From positions 176,886,001 through 176,950,000 of the forward strand of contig NC_091990.1 of the NCBI RefSeq assembly GCF_044704955.1: a stretch of 64,000 nt of DNA, given 5' to 3'. The notes under the pieces were generated by a model, which saw only the letters and a program-made list of their open reading frames with translations, did no database searches and was not told the origin of the DNA. The translations under genes and the position numbers were made by a program. Within the stretch, counting starts at the first letter, position 1. Each line of letters opens with the position of its first letter. This DNA comes from Pristiophorus japonicus. Lineage: Eukaryota. Shown here piece after piece: positions 50,655 through 61,239 of the stretch.

Positions 50655-52007
50655 ATGTATAAATTTACTGTATTATTGATTGTAGGTATTATAGGCATAG
50701 GCCTACTTCTTACTAGCTGACCTTCTGCACCAAAGGGAAATAGTAGGGTAGCAAGGGAATTACATGTAAGTACCTTTTTATATATGTCATACATTTATGC
50801 CAAACAAGGTAACATTTCTAGTTGTTGGGTGTGTGCGCATATTCCTATTCACTCAAAGGGAGGGATTCCCTTGAGGCCAGTTCCCTTGAATATCTCAGAA
50901 ATGGCTGAGTGGATAATTAATCAAAATAAAACAGGCAATGCGTTTCAGGATGCGGAAAATTGGGCACGTAAATGGAAGTCAGCAGGTTACAATCTGACTA
51001 CCTTTGAAGGGGGATACCAATCGTGCTATAATAATTCCAAACGGCCCCCATTTTTTGTTATCACTAATACAACGGGAATAGGAAGACCGGGGGAATCAGT
51101 CTGTCTGATTAGAAACATCAAAGGAGGCCAAAATATGGGGTATAGTAACTGCTCCCGGAATTATAATATAATCAAGCCACGGAACCGTCCAAACTGGGCC
51201 GATGTGGGAATTTTTAACGTAACGGGGATTCTGAATAAAACAGATGGAAAAGCCTGGACAGGCCCCGGAGTGTTGCTGACAAAGAAACAGCTAACATTCA
51301 TTGCATATAATGGCACCTATTGGGTGTGTGGCCACAAGGCCTACCCTTGGCTGCCCCAGAATTGGATGGGATCCTGCTATTTAGCCTACATTGTGTCTTA
51401 TATGTATCATATAAAGTCACTGTCGGAACATTGACACCGTCCTAAGAGAGCTATCACAGAAACAGAGAGGTTCTTTGCCATTCTGATCTCTGGGTATGGG
51501 ACCGCCAAACTGGCAAGGGAATCCATTAACATGGCATCCGTTGTGGAACGAGTAGCCAAAGATACCTCAGAGGCCCTCGTTAAAATCAATGCAGAAATGG
51601 TAGCAATCCGCACAGTAGCCCTACAGAATAGACTGGCCCTTGATTACATCCTGGCTGAAAAGGGAGATACTTGCACCCTACTCGGAACTGAGTGTTGCAC
51701 ATATATCCCAGATAGCTCCGAAGAAATTACCCACTTAGCGGAGCATATCCAAAAGGAGGTAGAAAAACTTGAGCAACCCCCATCATTCACTTTGTGGAGT
51801 GGAGCCACTGAATGGCTAGGTTCAATAGGAACTTCATTGGTGGAAGGTTTAATTCTATTTGTTGTAATTGTTTTACTTTTATATTGTTTGTTTATGTTGA
51901 TTAAATGTTGTTGCGACCAGGCGGCTGTAGCTGCTGTCCCGCAGGTGAGACACCTTGCAGGTCCCAGCAGACCGTCTGTACGTGGCACAGGAGTATGTTA
52001 TGCTTAA
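50655..52007 (+). pseudogene. env: ERV-2 env (450 codons, two in-frame TGA, no frameshift)
   Basis: Signal MYKFTVLLIVGIIGIGLLL, RVAR, CWVC, RPKR, LQNRLALDYILAEKGDTCTLLGTECC, TM anchor. Confidence 0.95.
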
Positions 52008-52282
52008 GGGAAGGTTGTTTACTGGTTGAACTAAGATATTGATTTGGATTAAATTGGAATAAGGTTAATTAACCTACTAAAACCAGACTTCCATTGTGGC
52101 CACGATGGAATTCGGGTTGGTGTAAATTTGTGTGGAAGCTACTAGTCCGGACATGTGGCGAAACACATCAACAAATTTTGGAAGGAAACTCTATTAACAT
52201 GTATGAAATTATTTGGTAGAATGTTTAACCAGTGATACCTGATGTTTTATGATTCAGTTTGTGAAAGAATCAAAGGGGGGAT

Positions 52283-52645
52283 TGATAGAGAATTCAAACA
52301 GACTGCATTTAGACAGACTGTGAAAATTCACAGACCCCCAAGTCAAGGCTGCTACATGCAGTTCAGCATGTTGCATTAAGTCATCAATCAACTTGACATT
52401 TTAGGACCCATGGGTAGCGAGCCAATTAAAGGTTAAAAGACTATTAATTGAGCCAATAAGGTCAAAGAAGGCGAATTCTTTTCTGTAAATTGATCCAGGT
52501 ATAAGTACAGCCATTTTGACCATGTGGTCCCAGAAGGACAAAGACCTGGGTTAAAGCCAAGAACTTGTTACTGCTGTCTGCCAAAAATAAAGCAGTTAAA
52601 ACTACAATCGGAGTCGTATTTCATTGGAAATTAAGAGATCTAACA
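52283..52645 (+). repeat. ERV-2 3' LTR
   Basis: Follows the PPT; direct repeat of the 5' LTR. Confidence 0.95.
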
Positions 52646-52814
52646 TTGGAACCTGGAATATTGGGTCTTTCATTGAAACACCTGTGAACTCTTCCCTTTT
52701 TGGTGTGGAAGCAAGTCATCCTCAATACGAGAGATTGCCTATGATGATGACCCAATAAACCTATTAACAATCCATATACAATGCCCCATCTATGGGTGGA
52801 GGAGGGAGAATGCG

Positions 52815-53220
52815 CTTGGGTAAGGCACTTCAGCTGGGGGAGGGAAGTACTTGGACTGGGGTAAGGTACTTCGGCTGGGGGAGGCATGCATTTGGACTGG
52901 GGTAAGGCACTTTGAATGGGGTAAGGCACTTTGGCTAGGGAGGGAAATACTTGGACTGGGGTAAAGCAATTTGGCTGGGTGGCGCATACACTTGGACTGG
53001 GGTAAGGCACTTTAGCTATGGAGGGAAGTACTTGGACTGGGATAAGGCACTTTGGCTGGGTGGGGCATACACTTGGACTGGGGTAAGGCACTTTGGCTGG
53101 GGAAGGGATGCCCTTGGATTGGGGTAAGGCACTTTGGCTGAGTGGGGCATACACTTGGACTGGTGTAAGGCACTTTGACTGGAGGACGGATGCACTTGGA
53201 CTGGGGTAAGGCACTTTGCC
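52815..53220 (+). repeat. G-rich minisatellite, ~41-bp unit made of two ~20-bp subunits, ~10 copies
   Basis: Repeated cttggactggggtaaggcactttggctggg. Confidence 0.9.
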
Positions 53221-53806
53221 TGGCCCTTGCTGGCTTGTGGGGAGCTCTGTCCTCTGTTGCTTCCTGAAGTCAAAGTGGATCGAGTTACAATTTGGAAAGT
53301 CAATGAGTCCTTGGGATGGGCCGATCCAGTGATATATTCCTGTGAAACTTCAGGGTGTGGTTTATCCTCCAAGGGGACCAATCAGAAACAAGGGGTGGAG
53401 CCTGTTGGCCATTTTTGCGGTACAAATAAGCGCTTCCTTTTGAAAAATTAGAACGGGAAACTTTTTTGGAGTACTCAGCCCCCTAAAAACAAGCATAACT
53501 CTTGAAATACACCAAAAAACGGCATTGGGGAAAATTGAGCCCATTGGTGGGGATGGATTCATCAAACAAGATGTAATTTTCTAAAACTTAATTTTTTCCA
53601 CACAAAACTAGATATACCACCAGCATCACTTACAAGAACCGACAACAAACACACACACGAGTTCTAAGATTCCTTCAAATATACTTTTCCTGAGAAAGAT
53701 TCTGGAGGGGAAACTTTTAACTTGTCAGGTCTCCATGTTGTCAGCCCAAATTTTTCAAGTGTGTAATTGTCACCGGAGAAGTCAGACGACCGCGATGTTT
53801 CTTTAC

Positions 53807-53873
53807 CTGCGAGCCAGACGAGCCACACTGCGAGCAGAGCCCACACCAGGGTCCTGGGACCCCGAGCCCTCAT
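53807..53873 (-). CDS. NCR3LG1: Signal-peptide (leader) exon, probably of the NCR3LG1-like gene
   Basis: MRARGPRTLVWALLAVWLVWLA + G|gtaaag; phase 1, which joins in frame to the V exon at 24443. Confidence 0.72.
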
Positions 53874-53929
53874 CTGGGCATATTTCAATCCCAGTATACC
53901 CACCGCAATCATTTTGTAAAATAAAAAAC

Positions 53930-53975
53930 AACTTTACTTTCAGTTTCGTTCGTTCGTATTTTTTTTGTTCACGTG
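53930..53975 (-). promoter_or_regulatory. ISRE/IRF element (GAAACTGAAAGT, 53936-53947) and E-box CACGTG (53970-53975)
   Basis: Consensus GAAANNGAAA about 65 bp upstream of the leader ATG. Confidence 0.6.
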
Positions 53976-54401
53976 ATTCCTCCAGATAAACGGCTGCAAC
54001 ATTTTAATAAGTTCCTTGTGTCGCCAAGGTAGGGTCTAAACCCGACTCGCAACCGTAACATATTCCTGATGGTGAATAAATACATTGTTTTATATTCAAT
54101 TCAACAAAGATGTTTCGGGGGACGGCGGCTAAACTAATGTCTGTATTCCTGCGAGGGACCACCGGCAAATAGGGCTACATATAGTGACACCAGTATTCCT
54201 GGCCAGATTCGTAATTCCCCCGTTGGTCAGGCTCACAGACCACACTGCTGTCCGTCCAGCAGCTCTCAGTCTCGACCTTATCGGTGCCAAAAACAAACTT
54301 ATGGTCAGAGCCAACATCAGCCGCAAAGGATCTGCATAACACCGGATTTCCATCTTCTAGTTACAATGATAAATCAGTCGTATTTCTTATCTGCCCAGAA
54401 G

Positions 54402-54752
54402 GTGACAACCAAATCCAGATTTTTGTGTCTTTCTTTGAGAGAAAAGGGTGTGTTTGCCCCGATCAGAACTAGAATCCTTGAACAAGAACAAGACTCCAGG
54501 TATGGATAATATAATTGGAGAGTTGTTCTGGGCGGATGATGGACATACAGTGAAGGGACATGCAAAGTTGTTGAACAAAATTGTTAATAAGAGCAAGTAT
54601 CTGAAGACTGGGGAAAGGCAATAATAATACCAAAGTAGGCAAGGACATAAGAATGAATGAAGCAATTACAGATGAATCAGTTTACCGACTATACCCAGGA
54701 GAGTATTTACTATAAGCACTGCAGATGAGAATAAAAAACTATCAAGAGGTGG
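54402..54752 (+). repeat. Paralogous copy of 2632-2980 (non-coding stretch + decayed LINE)
   Basis: Near-identical from gtgacaaccaaatcc to agaggtgg, including shared lesions. Confidence 0.9.
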
Positions 54753-55258
54753 TCATCATCATCATAGGCAGTCCCACGGAATGGAGGAAGACTTGCTTCC
54801 ACTCTTAAAATGAGTCCTTAGGTGGCTGAACAGTCCAATCCGAGAGCCGCAGTCCCTGTCACAGGTGGGACAAATACTTGTTGAGGGTAAGGGAGGGAGG
54901 GATAGATTTGCCGCAAGCTCTTTCCACTGCCTGCGCTTGATTTCTGTCTGCTCTCGGTGATGACACTCGAGGTGCACAGCGCCCTCCAGGATGCACTTCC
55001 TCCACTTAGGGCGGTCTTTGGCCAGGGACTCCCAGGTGTCGGTGGGGATGTTGATTTTATCAAGGAGACTTTGAGGGTGTCCTTGAAACGCTTCCTCTGC
55101 CCACCTTGGGCTCGCTTGCTGTGGAGGAGTTCTGAGTAGAGCGCTTGTTTTGGGAGTCTTGTGTCGGGCATGCAAACAATGTGGCCCGCCCAGCAGAACT
55201 GGTCGAGTGTGGTCACTGCTTCGATGCTAGGGATGTTGGCCTGGTCAAGGACGCTAAC
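54753..55258 (-). mobile_element. RTE LINE 3' end, cut by Gypsy E
   Basis: (cat)n tail; CPTCDRDCGSRIGLFSHLRTH. Confidence 0.9.
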
Positions 55259-58200
55259 TGTCATGTATTCAACTGTCATTGTAACCCATGTATAAACTGA
55301 CCTAAGTTGTATACCGTGAGAATATTGACCACTAGGTGGTGAATTTGTGGGAGACACTCCTAACCTGGATTTTCAGGTATAAAAGAGGAAGCTCCACCCA
55401 CCTTCATCACTTCAGTGCTGGCTAATAAAGGTTACTGGTCACAGAGTGACCTTCTCTCAAGTATGGGCCTCGTGTGCATTTATACTGTATAGTAAGGATA
55501 TATTATTGGCGACGAGAAACTGGGATTTAAACCACGCGAGCATGGCCACTAGCAGCACAGATGAGAGGTACTGTGTTGGTGATGAATAGGACGATTTTAT
55601 TGAGAGACTACAGCAAAGTTTCGTCACCAAGGAATGGTTGGGACAGGATTCGGCCGACAAACGCAGGGCTCACCTCCTGATGGTTTGTGGATCCAGGACG
55701 CACTCCCTGATGAAGGACCTTCTAGCGCCAGAGAAGCCGGCGGACAAAACTTTTGAAGAGCTCAGAAAGTTGATCGACGAATAATTTAAACCGGCTAGCA
55801 GCATGCACATGGCGAGACACCGGTTTTACACACACCGGCAGCGAGAAGGGCAAAGCATTCCAGACTTCGTGGCAGACCTCCAGCGACTGGCGAGCCTATG
55901 TAAGTTCCCAGATGCATGCAGAGTGGAGATGCTGAGAGACTTTTTTATTGAGGGCATCGGGCACGCTGGGAATTTCAGGAAACTGATTGAGACCAAAGAC
56001 TTGACACTGGAAACGGTGGCTTTGATGGCCCAGACATTTATCTCAGGGGAGGCAGAGACCAGAATGATGTTTGACAAAAATCTTGGCTTAAATGCAGCAA
56101 ATGGACAGGGAGTCAACATTGTTAACACGGCACACAGTTCTCCAGGCAGGCAGGGGCAATTGGACATGCCCGAGCATGTAGTCGAACCCAAAGGGGGAAT
56201 TCAACAGAGACAATGGCTAGCTGAACGGCGATTCATGCCATCGCAGGGGACAATGCGGCCAATAATGGGGCCATCAACACCTGTCAATGGTGTGCTTAAG
56301 GACAGTTACAGAGACAGTCAGAGCCGATCGACTGGTAATGGACCTTTTGTTTCCAACAACGGCTCATGTTGGAGGTGTGGAGGCAAACACCCAGCCAGAG
56401 CTTGCAGGTATCAGCAATTTACCTGCAGAAACTGCAACGTCAGCGGTCACTTGGCACGTATGTGCAGGAAGCCTGCAGCCAGGTTGATGTACGAGGAGGA
56501 CGGGTCCGATTTAAGCCCGACGATGCCAAATGAACACTGGGGGAAATCGCTGGAAGCTGAAGTTCAGCAAGTTCATGTGGAGCACATATATAGTTCATAC
56601 ACCAGGACGCCACCGATAATGATGAAAGTGCTCCTCAATGGTATCCCAGTATCAATGGAGCTAGACACAGGGGCCAGCCAGTCCCTGATGAGTATCAAAC
56701 AGATCGACAAGTTGTGGGCGTCCAAGGCCAGGAGGTCAAAATTATTGCCGATTGACGCACAGCTACGGACATATACAAAGGAGATCATTCCGGTGCTAGG
56801 CAACGCTACGGTAGTCGTGACCCACAAAGATTCGGAGAACAGATTGTCACTCTGGATTGTCCCAGGGGACGGTCCCGAACTACTGGGGAGGAGTTGGCTT
56901 GCTGTCATGAACTGGAAATGGGGCGATGTCAATGCAATTTCCTCTATGGAGTGAGTATCATGCTCACAGGTCCAGGACAAATTTGACTCATTGGGCCCAA
57001 GTTTCCACATAATTCGCGCCGGATTTTTAGGAACAACTGGTGGAGAACGGACTATTTTAGAAATCGCAATTCTCCACATTTTTTTTTCTGCAGTTCTAGT
57101 CAGGTAGAACAGTTCTAGTTTAGAACAGAATTTTTTCTTCAAAAGGGGGCGTGTCCGGCCACTGACGCCTGATTTGAAAGTTTCCACAGTGAAAATGTAC
57201 TCCAAACTAAAGTAGAATGGAGCCAGTGAAGATTTTTGTAGAACTGAAAAAACCTGTTCTACAAGTTAAAAAATCAGGCGCAGGTTACAAATTAGGCGTC
57301 CAGAACGAGGTGGGGGGGAGGGGCGGGGGAGAAAAGGGAACTCATTAAATTCGACAATAAATCCTTATTTATACTTCTACAAATATTATACAAATAAATC
57401 CAACCTGAATAAACATTTATAAGCCAAGAAAAGATTAAATAAACCATCTTCCTACCTGTGTGAAAGTGCTTCAGCCAGGGAGAATTCTGCAGCCGTTNNN
57501 NNNNNNNNNNNNNNNNNNNNNNNNNNNNNNNNNNNNNNNNNNNNNNNNNNNNNNNNNNNNNNNNNNNNNNNNNNNNNNNNNNNNNNNNNNNNNNNNNNNN
57601 NNNNNNNNNNNNNNNNNNNNNNNNNNNNNNNNNNNNNNNNNNNNNNNNNNNNNNNNNNNNNNNNGAGAGGGGGAGGAGAGAGGGGGAGAGAGGGGGAGGG
57701 AGGAGGAGGGAGGGAGAGAGAGAGAGAGAGAGCGGGGGGGGCGTCGGGTCGGGGAACAGGAGCGCGGGTCGGGTCAGTCGGGAGGGGGGGGAGCGGGTCT
57801 CGGGTCGGGTCGGGGCTGGGGGGCGGGGAGCGGGGGTCGGGTCTCGGGTCAGGGCGGTGGGGGGAGCGGGTGTCGGGTCTCGTGGCGGGGGGGGGAGCGG
57901 GTGTCGGGTCGGGGCGGGGGGAACGGGTGTCGGGTCGGGGGGGGGAGTGGATGTCGGGTCTCGGGGCGGGGGGGGGGAGCGGGTGTCGGGTCTCGGGTCG
58001 GGGCGGGGTGGGGGGAGCGGGTGTCGGGTCGGGTCTGGTCGGCGGTGGGGGGGGCGGAAGCGAGTGTCGGGTCTGGTCGGGCGGGAAGCAGGAGCTGGCC
58101 GTGGGAGGAGCCTCATTCACGCAGCCCCAGTGAGGCCATTGGGCCAGGGCTAGGGGCTGCGTGCTTCGGGCCCCTCCCACACAGTTCGGCGCCTGGAGCT

Positions 58201-61200
58201 ATTGCACTTGCGTGCCGACTGTAGCGCGCATGTGCAGAGGTCCCGGCACTGTTTTTAGCGCCGGGACCTGGCTCCGCCCCCCCACAGCTCGTGCTGACTG
58301 CGCCGAGGGCCAGAGGACCTGTAAGTAGGTGGAGAATACCGAGGATTCTTTTAGGCGCCGTTTTAGGCGCGAAAAACGGGCGCCCAGCTTGGAGGGGCGC
58401 CCGTTTTTTTTCTTGTGGAAACTTGGGCCCATTATTCCAACCCGGCAGTGGCACTTTCATGGGGACCAAGGTAGTGCTTCACATAAACCCGGATGCCAGG
58501 TCAATAAACCACAGGCCAGAGCGGTGCCGTACGTGATGCGGTAAAAGATAGAAGGCAAATTGGACCACCTGCTGAGGGAAGGCATCATCTCGCCAGTCGA
58601 CTTCAGTGACTGGGCGAGCCCAATTGTGCCGGTGCTCAAGGCGGATGGGTCGGTCAGGATATGTGGCGATGACAAGGCCACCATCAATCGGGTGTCACTC
58701 CAAGATCAGTACCCGCTACCGAGAGCGGAGGACCTATTTGCGACGCTATCCGGTGGCAAACTTTTTTCAAAATTGGACCTGACCTTAGCTTACATGACCC
58801 AGGAGCTGGCGAGTGAGTCGAAGAAGCTGACCACCATCACGACACACAAGGAGTTGTTTGAGTATAACAGATGTCCGTTCGGGATTCGTTCGGCCGCCAC
58901 GATCTTTCAACAAAATATGGAAATCCTCCTCAAGTCGATTCCAAGGTCGGTGGTTTTTTAAGACAACATCCTCATCACGGGTTGCGATACTGAAGAACAC
59001 CTCCACAACCTGGAGGAGGTGCTATGCAGACTGGACCGGGTAGGGCTGCGACTGAAAAAGGCGAAGTGCGTCTTCCTAGCTCCAGAGGTAGAATTCCTGG
59101 GGATGAGGGTAGCAGCAGACAGGATCAGACCTACTGCGTCCAAAACAGAAGCGATCCAGAGAGCACCCAGACCCCGTAACACAACGGAGCTGCGTTCGTT
59201 CCTGGGGCTCCTGAACTATTTTGGTAACTTTCTTCCCAAATTGAGCATGCTGTTAGAGCCGCTACACGTGCTCCTACACAAAGGTCGCGATTGTGTCTGG
59301 GGGGACAGCCAGGAAAGGGCTTTTGATAGAGCACGCAATTTGTTATGCTCCAAAAATCTGTTAACGCTATATGACCCATGTAAGAAACTTGTTTCAACAT
59401 GCGATGTGTCGTCCTATGGGATCAGGTGTGTGTTGCAGCATGTTAATGTCAAGGGTCAGTTACAGCCGGTAGCTTATGCCTCCAGAAGTATGTCCCAGGC
59501 AGAAAGGGATTACGGGATGGTAGAAAAGGAAGCGCTAGCATGTATATATGCAGTAAAAAAAATGCACCAGTACCTGATTGCAGGAAATTTGAGCTGGAGA
59601 CTGATCACAAACCCCTAACGTCCCTTTTGGCTGACAATAAGGCTATAAATGCAAATGCATCGGCCCGCATACAGAGGTGGGCACTCACGTTAGCTGCCTA
59701 TGACTATACAATTCGGCACAGACCGGGCACTAAAAACTGCGCCAATGCATTCAGCAGGCTCCCACTAGCCACCACCAAGGGGGCAACCGAGCATGCTGCT
59801 GAGATGGTCATGGCTGTTGAAGCTTTCAAAAGCGAAGGCTCACCTGTGACAGCCTGTCAGATCAAAGTCTGGACAAATAGAGACCCGCTACTGTCTTTAG
59901 TCAAGAAATGTGTCCTGAATGGGGACTGGGCAGCCACGTACAGGGCATGCCCTGAGGAATTTCAACCATTTCACAGGCGCAAGGATGAACTCTCGATTCA
60001 GGCCAATTGCCTACTACGGGGAAACCGAGTAGTCATGCCCAGATGGGCAGAGAGGTGTTCATCAGAGAACTCCACAATGAGCACCTGGGCATTGTCATGA
60101 TGAAGGCAATTGCCAGGTCACACGTTTGGTGGCCAGGGATAGATGCAGACCTGGAACTTTGTGTTCGCAGGTGCAACACGTGTGCCCAGCTGGGCAATGC
60201 GCCCAGGGAAGCCCTCCTTAGCCCCTGGTCTTGGCCCGCCAAGCCATGGTCACGCATCCATGTGGACTACGCAGGTCCTTTCATGGGGAAAATGTTTTTG
60301 GTTGTAGTAGACGCCAACTCCAAATGGATCGAGTGTGACATTTTAAATTCAAGCACATCCTCTGCCACGGTAGAAAGTCTACGGGCAATGTTCACCACCC
60401 ATGGTCTACCGGAGGTCTTGGTCAGCGACAATGGCCCGTGCTTTACAAGCATTGAATTCAAGGACTTCATGGCAGGAAATGGTATCAACCATGTCAGAAC
60501 GGCACCGTTCAAGCCGGCCTCAAACGGCCAGGCGGAACGAACAGTGCAGATAATCAAACAGGGGATGCTCAGAATCCAAGGGGGTTCCCTACAAAGTCAC
60601 TTATCATGCCTCCTGTTGGCCAATAGATCCCGACCACACTCACTCACAGGGGTTCCACCCGTAGAGCTGCTAATGAAAAGGACGCTCAAAACCAGGTTAT
60701 CCCTTATACACCCCACCATGAAAGAAATTGTTGAGAGCAGGCGCCAGTCACAATGTGACTACCATGACAGGAATGCGAGGGCGTGATGTATTGATGTCAA
60801 TGACCCTGCCTTTGTCCTCAACTATGCTGCAGGGCCCAAATAGCTCGCAGGCACCGTGATTGCCAAAGAGGATTCTGGTAGTTAAACTTACCAATGGACA
60901 AATCTGCCGCAAACACGTGGATCAAACAAAAAGGAGGTTCAGCAACCCCATAGAAGAAGCAGAGGAAGTACACGATGTAGAGTTCACTCCACCACAGGTG
61001 ACCGAACACTGGAACCAAGTGGAGGAGAGCCCAGTCACTGTGGGCAGTCCGGACAGGCCTGAGGCACCGCAAACAGCAGACACTCAGGCCAGCACCCAAC
61101 AACCGGAGCCCCAACTCAGGCGCTCTACAAGGGAGCATAAACCACCAAAGAGACTTAACCTAATCCCAATAAGACTTTGGGGTGGAGGTGATGTCATGTA

Positions 61201-61239
61201 TTGAACTGTCATTGTAACCCATGTATAAACTGACCTAAG
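55259..61239 (+). mobile_element. Gypsy LTR retrotransposon E (same family as A); 3' LTR interrupted by CR1
   Basis: 5' LTR 55259 to ~55505; PBS TGGCGACGAG at 55507; gag-PR ORF 55803-56954; RT, RNase H and IN; PPT; 3' LTR start at 61192-61239. Confidence 0.95.
56993..58430. mobile_element. PIF/Harbinger-type non-autonomous element with GC-rich (GGGTC-type) core and an assembly gap (57498-57663)
   Basis: Perfect 17-bp TIR GGGCCCAAGTTTCCACA; TSD ATT; removing it restores Gypsy codons FDSLFQP. Confidence 0.9.

Larger units (their letters stand above)
45023..52645 (+). mobile_element. Full-length endogenous retrovirus ERV-2, defective
   Basis: LTRs 45023-45370 and 52283-52645 (~6 substitutions, 4 indels); TSD TCGGA/TTGGA; Ser PBS; splice donor AG|GTAAGG at 45439; PPT AAAGGGGGGA. 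Confidence 0.97.

Noticed and set aside
52008-52282. Possible accessory ORF between env and 3' LTR (also 3594-3836 in ERV-1)
   Set aside because: Only short ATG-less frames with stops; cannot be supported without a family consensus.
52621-53381. Repetitive ORFs (PYPSPS/CLTPVQV) and a CRISPR-like or Ig-switch-like look
   Set aside because: These are translations of a minisatellite. There are no unique spacers, no cas genes and few AGCT motifs.
57292-58224. Long Pro/Arg- and Gly-rich ORFs on both strands
   Set aside because: They come from a GC-rich low-complexity repeat spanning an N gap inside a MITE.
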